This document shows positions 1-10,534 of a stretch of DNA of 64,000 bases, piece by piece (position 1 is the stretch's first letter; every line of letters begins with the position of its first letter). The DNA comes from a virus. Taxonomy: Duplodnaviria; Caudoviricetes. The translations under genes and the position numbers were made by a program. The stretch lies in IMG/VR virus record IMGVR_UViG_3300009085_000025, positions 1 through 64,000 of that record, one strand, 5' to 3'. The notes beneath the pieces were generated by a model. It searched no databases, was not told the origin of the DNA, and saw only the letters and a list, made by a program, of their open reading frames with translations.

Positions 1-1
1 A

Positions 2-2776
2 ATGGATGACGTTATCGAAGAGTTGGCTAAAACTTGGGATACGTTAGGAACGGTTGAACAAAACGAAATAGGCAAAGCAATGGCTGGAACTCGTCAAAGA
101 GACCAGTTCTTGATTTTGATGAATAACTATAACAACGTTGCCGAAGATAGGGTTTCAGTAGAAAAATTATTGGAAACACAATTGGATGCAACTGGACTTG
201 CCAACGACAGATATGCAATATATTTGGAAAACGTTGAAGCCGCGCAAAATAAAAGCACGGCGGCATGGGAAGCTCTGTGGCAAGCAACAATTCAATCCGA
301 CGCTCTGGTTTGGTTTTATAATATGAGTGCCGCAACAATGGATTTAGCAACAAAGGCTGGAGGACTAATACCAGTTGTTGGTGCTTTGCTGGCGGCTTTC
401 TTAGTTTTTAAATCAACGGCAATACTTGGATTTATAACGTCTGGATTGGCAAGCTTTACTACGACTTTAGGTGGGGCATTTTTACAAGCATTACTGACCA
501 ACACAATCACCGTGCAAGGATTCTCAATGGCTTTGGCTGGCTTAAAAACAGCGGCTTTGGGATTGCTCAATCCGGTGACGCTGGTTATAGCCGCAATAGG
601 CTTGCTTATATATTCTTATAACAAATATAAGGATATCCAAAACAGCATAGCTGAAGGTGAAGCTAATATTGCATCAAAAGTCGATGCTAAGATAACCAGA
701 TTAAAAGAAGAAAAAGCCAGCGTTGATGATATCACATCCGCTTATCAGCAGACAATGCAAGCCACAAGACAAGGTGGAGAAAACACACCGATGCTTAGTG
801 GTGCATTGAAAGATGTTCGCACTGATATTATGCAAAAATATTCTGGATTAATTTTCGATACTGCAAAAAATTATGAAGAATATGCTGAGGCGATGAAAAA
901 GGTCGTAAAAGAATCTGGCGGAATGGTTGATGAGCAAGGCAGAATCTATACGGCTATGCAGACAGCGCACGGAGAAGTAAGAACGTATATCGACGGTGTA
1001 ACTGTTTTAACGAAAGAGATGTATGAGGGCGGCAAAGGAGCCCAAGAATATAGGGCTTATTTGGCTCTAGTCGCTTCCGAAGAAGAAAAAATGGGGCAAG
1101 CACCAGAAGCCTTGGAAGTAACTTGGCTAGGGTTAGCCAACACTATCAGGGGCGTAACGGATGAATTCTCAAAGCTAGATGGATTAATCCAAAAATCTCT
1201 TGAGGGAAATTTATCATTTGAAGATGTTGCTACGCTTCCTGCGGAATATATCGACGCTCTAGAAGTTGAAAACGGTTTAATAAAACTAAACGTGGATATG
1301 CTGAAAGAAGAAGAACTTCAAATAATGCGAAACGCTGTTTCTAAAACAGAAGCGGCATATAACAATAAACTCGCATCTGAAGCGGAACTCAGTGTAATGC
1401 GTATGAAACTAGAAGCCATGGAAGCAGATGCGGCTAAGACACACAGCGTATTTCAATTGACAGCTTGGGACTATGAAAATTTGATGTGGCAAATGGCTAA
1501 TCAGGCATCCGCCGCAGGTGAAAAAGTTTTCTTCGATATGCAGGGTAACGCTCTAAATAGTGCTAAAGCAATATTTGACTTTATGAGTTCTAGCGATGCT
1601 AATTTTATGAACTTGGTATCACAGTACGCCAAAGCCGTTGGTATCACGGTGGCACAAGCAATGCAACAAGTGGGTGCATATGTAAACGCCACATACAACG
1701 ACGGGGTCGCTAAAATGAATTCACTGTTAAACTATGCTGGATACGGCGGAGGATTGTCTTACGCCACGGGAGATTTAAAATACCAGCAAGGAGGAGGCGG
1801 AGGAAACAAACCGTCTACCCCGTTTTCTTCAACGCCACTCCCCTCTCTCGGTGGTGGTGGCGGTGGCGGTGGTGGTGGTTCTACCAAGGCTGATAAAAAA
1901 GCAGATAGAGAACGTCAAGCCGAAGAAAGACAACGTGAAATAGAAAAACTAATAGAAAAAGAACGAAAGAAAGCCATTGATGGATTAAAAACTCAGCTTG
2001 ATTTATACAAGGATATTATTGATGCTCGTAAAAGTATTCTTGACACCATGGCTGATGAAAGAAAATATCAGGATGATGTAAAAGAAAAACAAGCTGATAT
2101 CTTAAGAATCCAAAATGAGCTTGCCGCACTACAATTTGAGAATACTCCCGAAGCAAAAGCCAGAAGACTCGAACTGGAAGCGGAATTAAAAGACACACAA
2201 AAAGCTCTTGAGGACATACAATATGACCAGTCAGTAGAGCAACAAAAAGCCGCGCTGGATGCGTCATATCAACAGTTCGCAGATAAAATGAATAATGCTA
2301 TCAAGCTGATTGAAAACATTGAAGCAACGTCTGTTGGAGATTTTACAAGTCAACTGGCAGTAATTTTATCTCAGCTATCCGCTCAAAAAACACCGACAGA
2401 TAGACCACTACAAAAAGCTGGAACCGCCCCTCCACCAATGTTTCATGATGGAGCAGAAAGAGGGATTGTTGGAACTGGTTCAAAAACGGGTGAGCTTTTT
2501 GCGAAACTAATGAGCGGAGAACTTGTCAGCAATGATAGTCAAATGAAAAACTTTATGACAAGAACTCTCCCATCTCTTATTGGTTCTCCCGCACAGTCAT
2601 ATTCTGGAGGAAGCGGTATGAGCTTCGACAAGTTGTTTGACTTGGTGGTTCAAGGAAATCTTGATTCATCGGTCTTACCAGACATAGAAAGAATTTCCAA
2701 CAAGATAGTTGATAGAATAAACGCATCTCTCTTGAATAGGGGAATTATAAGAAATACAAATTTAACAAAAATATAG
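2..2776 (+). CDS. Phage tail tape measure protein, C-terminal part (probably begins upstream of the window)
   Basis: AMAGTRQRDQFLILMNNY motif typical of TP901-type tape measures; hydrophobic segment, long coiled coils, poly-Gly linker; directly upstream of Dit/Tal-like genes. Confidence 0.85.
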   Translation: MDDVIEELAKTWDTLGTVEQNEIGKAMAGTRQRDQFLILMNNYNNVAEDRVSVEKLLETQLDATGLANDRYAIYLENVEAAQNKSTAAWEALWQATIQSDALVWFYNMSAATMDLATKAGGLIPVVGALLAAFLVFKSTAILGFITSGLASFTTTLGGAFLQALLTNTITVQGFSMALAGLKTAALGLLNPVTLVIAAIGLLIYSYNKYKDIQNSIAEGEANIASKVDAKITRLKEEKASVDDITSAYQQTMQATRQGGENTPMLSGALKDVRTDIMQKYSGLIFDTAKNYEEYAEAMKKVVKESGGMVDEQGRIYTAMQTAHGEVRTYIDGVTVLTKEMYEGGKGAQEYRAYLALVASEEEKMGQAPEALEVTWLGLANTIRGVTDEFSKLDGLIQKSLEGNLSFEDVATLPAEYIDALEVENGLIKLNVDMLKEEELQIMRNAVSKTEAAYNNKLASEAELSVMRMKLEAMEADAAKTHSVFQLTAWDYENLMWQMANQASAAGEKVFFDMQGNALNSAKAIFDFMSSSDANFMNLVSQYAKAVGITVAQAMQQVGAYVNATYNDGVAKMNSLLNYAGYGGGLSYATGDLKYQQGGGGGNKPSTPFSSTPLPSLGGGGGGGGGGSTKADKKADRERQAEERQREIEKLIEKERKKAIDGLKTQLDLYKDIIDARKSILDTMADERKYQDDVKEKQADILRIQNELAALQFENTPEAKARRLELEAELKDTQKALEDIQYDQSVEQQKAALDASYQQFADKMNNAIKLIENIEATSVGDFTSQLAVILSQLSAQKTPTDRPLQKAGTAPPPMFHDGAERGIVGTGSKTGELFAKLMSGELVSNDSQMKNFMTRTLPSLIGSPAQSYSGGSGMSFDKLFDLVVQGNLDSSVLPDIERISNKIVDRINASLLNRGIIRNTNLTKI

Positions 2777-2834
2777 ATTTTGTAGGATGGGTGGGATGAT
2801 ATCATCCCACCCATATCTATAGACAGGAGGAATA

Positions 2835-3620
2835 ATGGCTTTTTGGGGAAACACATTTGTATTTGATGGAGTACCATCGGAGTTATATAATTTATATATA
2901 TCTTCACCAGATGGTGGAATGATAAGCACCGCTGGCTCAGGAGATGTAGAATTATTGACACAAAAAGTATTCAGAAATCCCAAGCCTTATTTATTGGGTG
3001 TTCAACAATCACCCGTATTGAGTTTTGATATTCAATTTACATCTCCGGACGAGTTGATGGTTGAAGATATGCGAACAATATTATCTTGGTTGTTTGGTCA
3101 AAGCCAATATAAAAAGTTGCAAATACAACAGCTTGATATGGATGATATCTATTTCAATTGTTTCATAACGGCTCCACAGATAATCAAGGTCGGAAACTTA
3201 ATCAAGGGAATATCCGGAACCGTGATATGTGACTCTCCGTTTGCGTGGGCTTTCTCCAAGACAACAACCAAAAATTATACTGGTAGCGCAAATGAAACAT
3301 TTGTGTTGTTCAATACTTCGGATAATAACAATTATACTTATCCCGCCGTTGTAGCAACGATTGATGATTTTGGTGGCACTTTTTCAATTACCAACAATAC
3401 AGATGACGGAAGAGTTTTTACTTTTACTGGAATGAGTCAAGGGGAAATTGTAACAATAGATAATGAGAGATGTATTATAACGTCTAGCACTGGTCTTAGA
3501 AGACTCGGAAATTTCAATAAACAATGGTTTAGATTGCTGAAGGGTATCAATAGTCTTACAATAATGGGAAACGTGGCTCAAGTAAAAATAACATATAGCC
3601 CCGCCAGAAAGACGGCATAA
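2835..3620 (+). CDS. Distal tail protein (Dit-like siphovirus tail component)
   Basis: 261 aa after tape measure; FVFDG..S..YNLYI start, CDSPFAW and WFRLLKGINSL motifs typical of Dit; AGGAGG RBS. Confidence 0.75.
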   Translation: MAFWGNTFVFDGVPSELYNLYISSPDGGMISTAGSGDVELLTQKVFRNPKPYLLGVQQSPVLSFDIQFTSPDELMVEDMRTILSWLFGQSQYKKLQIQQLDMDDIYFNCFITAPQIIKVGNLIKGISGTVICDSPFAWAFSKTTTKNYTGSANETFVLFNTSDNNNYTYPAVVATIDDFGGTFSITNNTDDGRVFTFTGMSQGEIVTIDNERCIITSSTGLRRLGNFNKQWFRLLKGINSLTIMGNVAQVKITYSPARKTA

Positions 3621-6413
3621 ATGGAACAAACTTTTGATTTTTATGGTCAGTATAACAAACCAGATTTGGTTTTGTGTAATCCTAATAAATCCGAATTGTA
3701 TTCCTTGAATATGGCTAGGCAAGTATCTTTAAAAAAAGTATACAATGCGCTATCTGAGTTTAGTTTCATCATTGATTATAAGATTGAAGATACGGTAAAT
3801 CCCGCATATGATTTTGTACAAGCCAAGAGATTAGTGAAGGTTGAAAATCATGGATATTTTATAATTTCTGAATATTCGGAAGATACTTCAACCCCTACCC
3901 CATTTAAAAACGTTACCTGTCTTTCTTTGGAGGCGGAATTAATCAATAAAAAAGTTTTGGCTCTCGGTGGAACTTATAAATTTTATGGAACCATTACTCA
4001 GCCCCAAATAGACGTTGGGATAGCTAGTGTTAGCCTCATGGACTATATAATATCCTTGATTCCAAATTGGACACTGGGAAATATTGATTCAGATTTATGG
4101 AATATTTATCGCTCCTTCGATGTGTCAGATTCTAATGTATATAATTTTCTTATGACAGATGTTGAATCTGCGTGTGGATGCGTCTTTATCTTTGATACGG
4201 TGTTGAGAACCATCTCAGCCGTAAAAACAACTAACGCAACAACTCCCACGGATATTTTTATATCCAAAGAAAATCTAATAGAATCTGCTGAATTGAATGA
4301 GATATCTTCCGAAATAGTCACGGCGATGTCAGTGTTCGGCGGAAATGATTTGAATATTCGCTCCGTCAATCCTCTGGGTGGAAACTACATTTATAATTTT
4401 GACTATTATAAAAATATAAAATGGATGACACAAGGTTTAATTGATGCCCTAAATGATTGGGAAGCTCTTATAGCCGTAAACCAACCAGCATATGCCAGCG
4501 TATTGACGAATTTATTCGCGTACAATCAAGAACTATTAGTTCTACAGGGAGAACTGGCTGATTTAAATGCTGACCATCTATCACTAGAGGGAGTGCAGAA
4601 GTCATTAATTGAATTGAACCAAACTGGAACTCCGCAGTACACATCAATATTGTCGCAAATGACAGCTACATCGGTTCTAATAGCAAGCAAAGAAAACGAA
4701 ATCACAAACAAAGAGTCGCAAATTACCGCTCAACAAGATAGCGCATCGGCAATTGTTAACTCTCTTAGTTTCAGCAATAATTTTTCTGTAGATGAATTCT
4801 CAGAATTGAATACATTCATCATAGAAAATACATATCAAAATAAAAACATAATAACCACAGATATAATGACGCAAGCCGAAATTCAAACGCAAGCACAAGA
4901 GCTATACAACGATGGAGTAGAAGTTCTAGCAAAATCATCAGTACCGAGATATGAATTCAGTATAGGCACTGTTAACTTTGTGTTTCTCGAAGAATTTTCA
5001 TCTTTTACGCAACAACTGGAACTTGGAAACACAGTAACAATCAACGCAAAAGATGATGTGATGATAGAAGCTGTCCTACTTGAAATCGAACTTTCATTTG
5101 ATGAACCTAATTCTTTTTCGTTGACTTTTAGTAACAGACTTCGCTTGGATAACGGATTTTTTGTTTATTCAGATTTATTTGGTGAACAAAATAAAGCGTC
5201 CAGTTCTGTAAACTTCAATGGTCTTCAGTGGAGTGATTGGACAAACGGATATAAGGATGATGTTACTAATTTTATAACGTCATCTTTAGATGCATCTGTA
5301 AATAGTGTTATAAACGCATCAAATCAAGAAATAACAATTGGATTGAATGGGCTGAGAGGCAGGAAGAGTTTAGGCGGTGGAACATATAGTCCCAAACAAG
5401 TTTGGTTGACCAGCAACACAATCGCTTTTACTGACGACAACTGGGATACGGCAAAACTGGCAATAGGAGAGGTTTCTCTTGATGGTGGTGGAACCGCATA
5501 CGGAGTAGTTGGAGAAGTAATCGTGGGTAAGCTGATAGCCGGAAACCAACTCAGAATAGAAAATACCGCTGGAACATTCATAGTCGATTCAAATGGCGCT
5601 ACTCTTACAAATTCAATTTTTACTGTTCAAGATTCTGCCAATAAAGTCAGGATAAATCTGAGTCCTGTTGGTTCCACTTTTAGTGGTATTACCATAGATG
5701 CAGGGTTGACCGTTCTAGGAAATTCAGGCGGTTCATGGGTCAAAAAATTCTGGGTCGATAGTGCTGGCAATGTAAACTTTGCTGGAAATCTAAGTGGCGC
5801 AACTGGAACTTTCAGTGGAACGCTGGCGGCTACTGTTGGCAACATAGGAACTCTTGTTATTGACTCTCAAGGATTAAAAACTGCGGATGGTGTAAATTAT
5901 CTTAGAGGTAATGGTGATTTTAAATGGGGTTCTCTGACGATGAGTGGAGGAAACGCTACTTTTACTGGGAATATTTACGCAAACAATCTAAAAGACAACT
6001 CTAATAATTCCGTGTTTACCTCCGGCGGAAGTATGACATCCTCAAGATTACTTAGTGGAACATCTAACCCCATCAGCGGAATACTTGTTGCTCAAGGATT
6101 TCAGACAAACGGAGGAGGAATAAGCACTGGTTATATGGTTGTTTTTAGTGGAGGATATATCAACGTTGTAAATGGCTCTATTCTAAAAAACGGAGGAGCG
6201 GTTTTAAATGACGCAGAGACGTATTCTTGGGTCAATAGTCAGGGATTTCTAAAATCTGGCAATAGTGCGACTCTTAGTAATTTAACTGTTACATCAAATA
6301 TTACCATACAAGGAAATAGTGGTTATAATGCAACCGCCTTGGCAATAACGACTCCCAGTGGAACCAGATATCTTCGATTTGTCGAAGGCGTATTGGTTTC
6401 ATTTTTCGCATAA
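3621..6413 (+). CDS. Tail hub/spike (Tal-like minor tail) protein with coiled coil and beta-rich C-terminus
   Basis: 930 aa after Dit; LCNPNK..LYSL N-terminus, central coiled coil, GKLIAGNQLRIEN and VDSAGNVNFAGNL segments typical of siphovirus tail proteins. Confidence 0.75.
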   Translation: MEQTFDFYGQYNKPDLVLCNPNKSELYSLNMARQVSLKKVYNALSEFSFIIDYKIEDTVNPAYDFVQAKRLVKVENHGYFIISEYSEDTSTPTPFKNVTCLSLEAELINKKVLALGGTYKFYGTITQPQIDVGIASVSLMDYIISLIPNWTLGNIDSDLWNIYRSFDVSDSNVYNFLMTDVESACGCVFIFDTVLRTISAVKTTNATTPTDIFISKENLIESAELNEISSEIVTAMSVFGGNDLNIRSVNPLGGNYIYNFDYYKNIKWMTQGLIDALNDWEALIAVNQPAYASVLTNLFAYNQELLVLQGELADLNADHLSLEGVQKSLIELNQTGTPQYTSILSQMTATSVLIASKENEITNKESQITAQQDSASAIVNSLSFSNNFSVDEFSELNTFIIENTYQNKNIITTDIMTQAEIQTQAQELYNDGVEVLAKSSVPRYEFSIGTVNFVFLEEFSSFTQQLELGNTVTINAKDDVMIEAVLLEIELSFDEPNSFSLTFSNRLRLDNGFFVYSDLFGEQNKASSSVNFNGLQWSDWTNGYKDDVTNFITSSLDASVNSVINASNQEITIGLNGLRGRKSLGGGTYSPKQVWLTSNTIAFTDDNWDTAKLAIGEVSLDGGGTAYGVVGEVIVGKLIAGNQLRIENTAGTFIVDSNGATLTNSIFTVQDSANKVRINLSPVGSTFSGITIDAGLTVLGNSGGSWVKKFWVDSAGNVNFAGNLSGATGTFSGTLAATVGNIGTLVIDSQGLKTADGVNYLRGNGDFKWGSLTMSGGNATFTGNIYANNLKDNSNNSVFTSGGSMTSSRLLSGTSNPISGILVAQGFQTNGGGISTGYMVVFSGGYINVVNGSILKNGGAVLNDAETYSWVNSQGFLKSGNSATLSNLTVTSNITIQGNSGYNATALAITTPSGTRYLRFVEGVLVSFFA

Positions 6414-6437
6414 AAAATTTAAGGAGATGTATTTAAA

Positions 6438-6623
6438 ATGTTATATATTGAAGATGAAAACCTGAAAGAACTCTTTGTAAAAATAGATGCTTCATTATCC
6501 AAGATAGAAGTCAAAGGAGATTCCGTCCAACATCTTTTTATGGCTAGAAACTCCATTGCGGATTTATTTCAATCAATAAAGGAAAGAGAAGAAAAAAAAC
6601 AAAAAAAAAATGAAGGAGGGTAG
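6438..6623 (+). CDS. Small hypothetical tail-module protein
   Basis: 61 aa ORF with AAGGAG RBS, tiles the operon. Confidence 0.6.
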   Translation: MLYIEDENLKELFVKIDASLSKIEVKGDSVQHLFMARNSIADLFQSIKEREEKKQKKNEGG

Positions 6624-6626
6624 GAT

Positions 6627-6980
6627 ATGACATATTTAACGCGTCTTGACATATATAATCTTGCTGATTTTTCTTTTATAGCTGGCTCAGAATATATATT
6701 GGAGTACACGGTATATGAAGACAACGGAGTTGTTCCGGTTGATATATCATCCGGAACAGCAAAATTATATGTTTCACCTCTTGGTCAACCGGAATATGTT
6801 GCCTTAGAAAAAAATGGTGTTATCAGTGTTACAACTGGTGTTTTCACTGTTACGCTAGAACTTGCAGATACGCAAGGATTAAGCGGGAAATATGTTCAAC
6901 AACCAGTTGTGTATGATTTTGCTGGAAAAGAATATCGGCTTGGTCAGGGTACTTTTACCGTGATACCAAGAATAGCTTAA
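6627..6980 (+). CDS. Baseplate upper protein N-terminal-like (BppU-like) protein
   Basis: 117 aa beta-rich, VDISSGTAKLYV...GVFTVTLELADT pattern; tail context. Confidence 0.5.
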   Translation: MTYLTRLDIYNLADFSFIAGSEYILEYTVYEDNGVVPVDISSGTAKLYVSPLGQPEYVALEKNGVISVTTGVFTVTLELADTQGLSGKYVQQPVVYDFAGKEYRLGQGTFTVIPRIA

Positions 6981-6995
6981 AAAGGAGAAAATAAA

Positions 6996-7403
6996 TTGAT
7001 TACATATTATAGCGCCAATCGTATCTTGAATTTAAATTTTGGAAACACGAGTTATCTGGTTCCAACACCGTTGTATTTTGGTTTATCTACAACATCAATT
7101 AACTTAGATGGAACGGGAGCTACGGAACCAGTGGGCGGGGCGTATGCTAGAGTAGCGTTAGCAAACTCGGATAAAACAAACTGGACTGTTTCTACCTTGG
7201 GCACACTTACAAATATTGGTTCGGTTCAATATGTGGAAAGCACCGCATCTTGGGGAACAATTACACACGTGTTCATTTCTGATGCTGTCTCCGGCGGAAA
7301 TATTTGGTGGTTTGATGCCCTATCACCCACTCGTTTGGTTCAAAGTGCTACAACCGTTTTGTTTGCCGCAAGCTCTATCACTGTTGTAATGAATAACACG
7401 TAG
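6996..7403 (+). CDS. Phage tail fibre/baseplate-associated protein
   Basis: LYFGLST...EPVGGAYARVA...WGTITH...D..SGGN motif set common in phage tail proteins; TTG start with AGGAG RBS. Confidence 0.65.
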   Translation: MITYYSANRILNLNFGNTSYLVPTPLYFGLSTTSINLDGTGATEPVGGAYARVALANSDKTNWTVSTLGTLTNIGSVQYVESTASWGTITHVFISDAVSGGNIWWFDALSPTRLVQSATTVLFAASSITVVMNNT

Positions 7404-7409
7404 AAAACC

Positions 7410-7901
7410 ATGGATAAAAATAAAAGAGAATTCAGATTGTTAAAGAAAACCCAATCAGCATTCTCGGCAATTGCTGATGGTTTTTCAGTGGTTACAACAT
7501 TCCTATTTAGAATAAAGGATAGAATTTTATTTAATTTCGTAATGAAGCTGTCCACAAAAGCAAATACCAGTATTAACTTAAAAAAAATTAGATTAAATTT
7601 TATCCAAGTAAAACTCAAAGAAAGTTTATTTCCATCATTCAATCTAAAAAAAATAAGATTGTCTTACGTTTTAAAGGAAAGATTGAAGGCTGTTACGTCC
7701 ATCCTATTGAAAAACAGGATAGTTTTTGGGGTGTCGTTGAGACAAAAAGCTATTGCGTCAATTGGTATTAAAAAAATAAATATAACCTTCAGTCCTCTGG
7801 TTCGTGAATTTATAAAATTATCGACTCACGACCCGCAAACTCTGGCGACATTGGACTTGAAAAAAGTCGGAGAAATGGATTATAATGGATGGACTCCATA
7901 G
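7410..7901 (+). CDS. Hypothetical basic tail-module protein
   Basis: 163 aa ORF tiling the operon. Confidence 0.55.
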   Translation: MDKNKREFRLLKKTQSAFSAIADGFSVVTTFLFRIKDRILFNFVMKLSTKANTSINLKKIRLNFIQVKLKESLFPSFNLKKIRLSYVLKERLKAVTSILLKNRIVFGVSLRQKAIASIGIKKINITFSPLVREFIKLSTHDPQTLATLDLKKVGEMDYNGWTP

Positions 7902-7917
7902 GAGGAAGGAAAAATAG

Positions 7918-9195
7918 ATGACACAATCTACACCAAATTTAAATTTATTACTATACAACTCAACAACAGACCAAGCCGCCACGTTTGCTTCCTTCAGGGC
8001 TGACTTAGCTGGAATTTCTGGAACCAGTAATATGAGCCTCATAGATACGGCTTATGGTTCTCTCGAAACCAGAGTCGATAATCTCGAATCGTTAAAAAGC
8101 GCGATTCAGGTTGATGCCAGCTATGTTTCATCAAATTATTATGAAGCCACGGTAGCTCTTATCTCTAGCTATTCTGTTGGTATGTCTATTTTATTGAGGC
8201 TAGATACCGATAGTGCTGGAACTGTAACATTAAAAATAAATGCTCTGGCTACTGTAAGCGTTATGAAAATTAATGCAAGCGGAACGCCTGTCAACATGGA
8301 TTCTGGTGAGCTTCAGTCTCAAAGATACTATCTGTTTATCTACGATGGAACACGTTGGGTTTGGGCTGATTCAACATCGGTAGACCAAGTTTATCATTCC
8401 GGAGCTTCTGGAAATGTGGTTCTTATCAACAGCGATGCGTCAATTTCGAATTCAACCACTCCATCTCTGTTGATATCCGGAACGACAAATTCAGCAACCA
8501 GTAAAACAACCCCAGTGGATGCAGATGAGCTACCTCTTGTAGACAGCGCGGCTGGAAATATATTGAAGAAACTTACGTGGGCTAATTTAAAGGCATTAAT
8601 AAAAAATAGTATCGTAACTGGAACCGAGGGAAATGTCGTAACAGTAGGAGCAACAAGCAATCTAATAGGTACAACTACGCCATCAGGTTTTATTGATACT
8701 ACTGTTACAGCCGCCAGCGCAAAAACAACTCCGGTAGGTGCTGATTATTACCCCATAATAGATAGTGAAAATTCCAATGTATTAAAAAAGATAACACACA
8801 CAAACTTATCGGCTTCTATGGTTCCAACTGACTACTTTGTTATCAGGTGTGTCGCCTACGATGCAGATTGTCCAGCAAATGGAACAACTGGTATAGCCGG
8901 AGCGGTTCCTATGCCATATACCGGAACTATTGTTAGTATCTTCGGAGACGTGGATACTGCTGGAACAACAGGGACAATGACAGTGGATGTTAATAAAAAC
9001 GGAACTACTATTATGGCTACAACAAAGTTAAACTGGGACAGTACAGAAAAATCAACTAGAACATATTCTGGAACTGCCGCTACACTTAGTACAACAGCTA
9101 TAACAGCAGGAGACCTTTTTACTATAGATTTGGACACAAATCATACTACGAAGGCGAAAGGATTGACTATAACCATAGGAGTAAAGAAATCATAA
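7918..9195 (+). CDS. Tail fibre / receptor-binding protein with internal 73-aa repeat
   Basis: TPNLNL N-terminus, Ser/Thr-rich, two KTTPV..D..P..DS...LKK.T..NL repeats. Confidence 0.65.
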   Translation: MTQSTPNLNLLLYNSTTDQAATFASFRADLAGISGTSNMSLIDTAYGSLETRVDNLESLKSAIQVDASYVSSNYYEATVALISSYSVGMSILLRLDTDSAGTVTLKINALATVSVMKINASGTPVNMDSGELQSQRYYLFIYDGTRWVWADSTSVDQVYHSGASGNVVLINSDASISNSTTPSLLISGTTNSATSKTTPVDADELPLVDSAAGNILKKLTWANLKALIKNSIVTGTEGNVVTVGATSNLIGTTTPSGFIDTTVTAASAKTTPVGADYYPIIDSENSNVLKKITHTNLSASMVPTDYFVIRCVAYDADCPANGTTGIAGAVPMPYTGTIVSIFGDVDTAGTTGTMTVDVNKNGTTIMATTKLNWDSTEKSTRTYSGTAATLSTTAITAGDLFTIDLDTNHTTKAKGLTITIGVKKS

Positions 9196-9890
9196 TGACT
9201 CCTATAATCTACATGAACAACGCTCTGTCTGAGTATACAGTTTCTCTGCTACACATGAACGGGACGGCTGGAGCTACAACGTTCACAGATACTACTGGTA
9301 AAACTTGGACTGCTAATGGAAACGCAAGAATTTCTATAACGCACAGTAAATTCGGAGGTTCATCCGGATATTTCGATGGAGTTGGCGACTTCCTTTCTGC
9401 TCCAGATTCCGACGACTGGTATTTAGATAATGGTTCAAATACAACCTCGTGGACGGTTGATTTTTGGATTCGTTTTTGGCAACTCCCCGCCAGCGATATT
9501 CAAGGAATTATTCAGCAAAGAGTAGATAACAACAACTTTTGGGAAATAAACATTGGTAACGGCTATGTTGTTTTCAACATACGAACTGCCGGAGTCACTC
9601 TGGTAAACAAACAAAATGCGTTTGTTCCAACCATAGATACTTGGCATCACGTTGCAGTAGTGAAAAACGGAGATGCTGGTTATATGATGTTTATTGACGG
9701 AACACAAATCGGAACAACTCAAACGGACACAGACTCCATGAGTAACTATGGCGGAACAATAAGAATTGGAACACATACAAGCTCGGCAGGAGTCGACACA
9801 AATATGACTGCATACTTGGACGAGTTTAGAATTAGCAAGGGTGTTGCTAGATGGACTTCGAATTTCACTCCTCCAACATCAGAATATTAA
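9195..9890 (+). CDS. LamG / concanavalin A-like lectin domain protein (probable adhesin)
   Basis: SLLHMNG, SKFGGSSGYFDG, WTVDFW, WHHVAVV, YLDEFRISKGVARWTSNFTPP motifs. Confidence 0.85.
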   Translation: MTPIIYMNNALSEYTVSLLHMNGTAGATTFTDTTGKTWTANGNARISITHSKFGGSSGYFDGVGDFLSAPDSDDWYLDNGSNTTSWTVDFWIRFWQLPASDIQGIIQQRVDNNNFWEINIGNGYVVFNIRTAGVTLVNKQNAFVPTIDTWHHVAVVKNGDAGYMMFIDGTQIGTTQTDTDSMSNYGGTIRIGTHTSSAGVDTNMTAYLDEFRISKGVARWTSNFTPPTSEY

Positions 9891-9892
9891 AT

Positions 9893-9923
9893 AAAAATAC
9901 CCCTATACAATAGGGGTATTTTT
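9893..9923. terminator. Bidirectional rho-independent terminator between convergent tail and replication modules
   Basis: AAAAATACCCCTA-TACAA-TAGGGGTATTTTT 13-bp stem with A/T tracts on both sides. Confidence 0.85.
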
Positions 9924-9933
9924 TTACTGTTTT

Positions 9934-10248
9934 TTATTTAGGACTCAAATCATCGACAGGAATATCTTCTTTAAATATTTTATTATAAGTAAAAACTATT
10001 GACTTCTTCTCAGGATATTCTTGTCTATAATAATCACACAAGGATACCCTATAAGGAGATTTTTTGTCATTGTTGACTCTCTCAGACCACTCAATGGATA
10101 ATCTTACTGATTCGTCATAATTATTTCCGCTTACATTTCCGTAGAACTCACCAGTCAGTTGTCTCATGGTACTTTTACAGCATAAAAAAAACGGATGCTC
10201 TTCTTCGTAGTCAATTGGTGTATCTAATACTTTTTTATGTCTTCCCAT
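9934..10248 (-). CDS. Hypothetical protein
   Basis: 104 aa, last gene of the minus-strand run. Confidence 0.6.
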   Translation of the reverse strand: MGRHKKVLDTPIDYEEEHPFFLCCKSTMRQLTGEFYGNVSGNNYDESVRLSIEWSERVNNDKKSPYRVSLCDYYRQEYPEKKSIVFTYNKIFKEDIPVDDLSPK

Positions 10249-10252
10249 AAAG

Positions 10253-10534
10253 TTATCCTTCTAAAGAGAATGTGTCAATCCTTCTTTGTGCCAGAATCAT
10301 TGGTGTGTTCATGTTTAATTTTGCTTCTTGAAATGTAGTATAAAAATTATGGTCTTTATTGACAACTCGACCAGATGTTGATTGAACACATGCGGAATAA
10401 ACCAGCTTTTTAGAAAAATTTCCAACTCCGGAATTTACCACAATTTTATAATCTCTTGTCTTAAAGTCTGTTTCAAATCCATCTACTCTTCCATTGAATT
10501 CCTTATCCTTGGTCATCATTATGGATACAACCAA
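10253..10534 (-). CDS. Hypothetical protein
   Basis: 93 aa, tiles operon. Confidence 0.55.
   Translation of the reverse strand: MVVSIMMTKDKEFNGRVDGFETDFKTRDYKIVVNSGVGNFSKKLVYSACVQSTSGRVVNKDHNFYTTFQEAKLNMNTPMILAQRRIDTFSLEG

Noticed and set aside
1849-1880. GGT/GGC trinucleotide run
   Set aside because: Encodes the poly-Gly linker typical of tape measure proteins
7918-9890. Diversity-generating retroelement targeting the fibre or LamG gene
   Set aside because: No reverse transcriptase and no near-identical template repeat with adenine-specific differences seen; the fibre repeat is old and diverged
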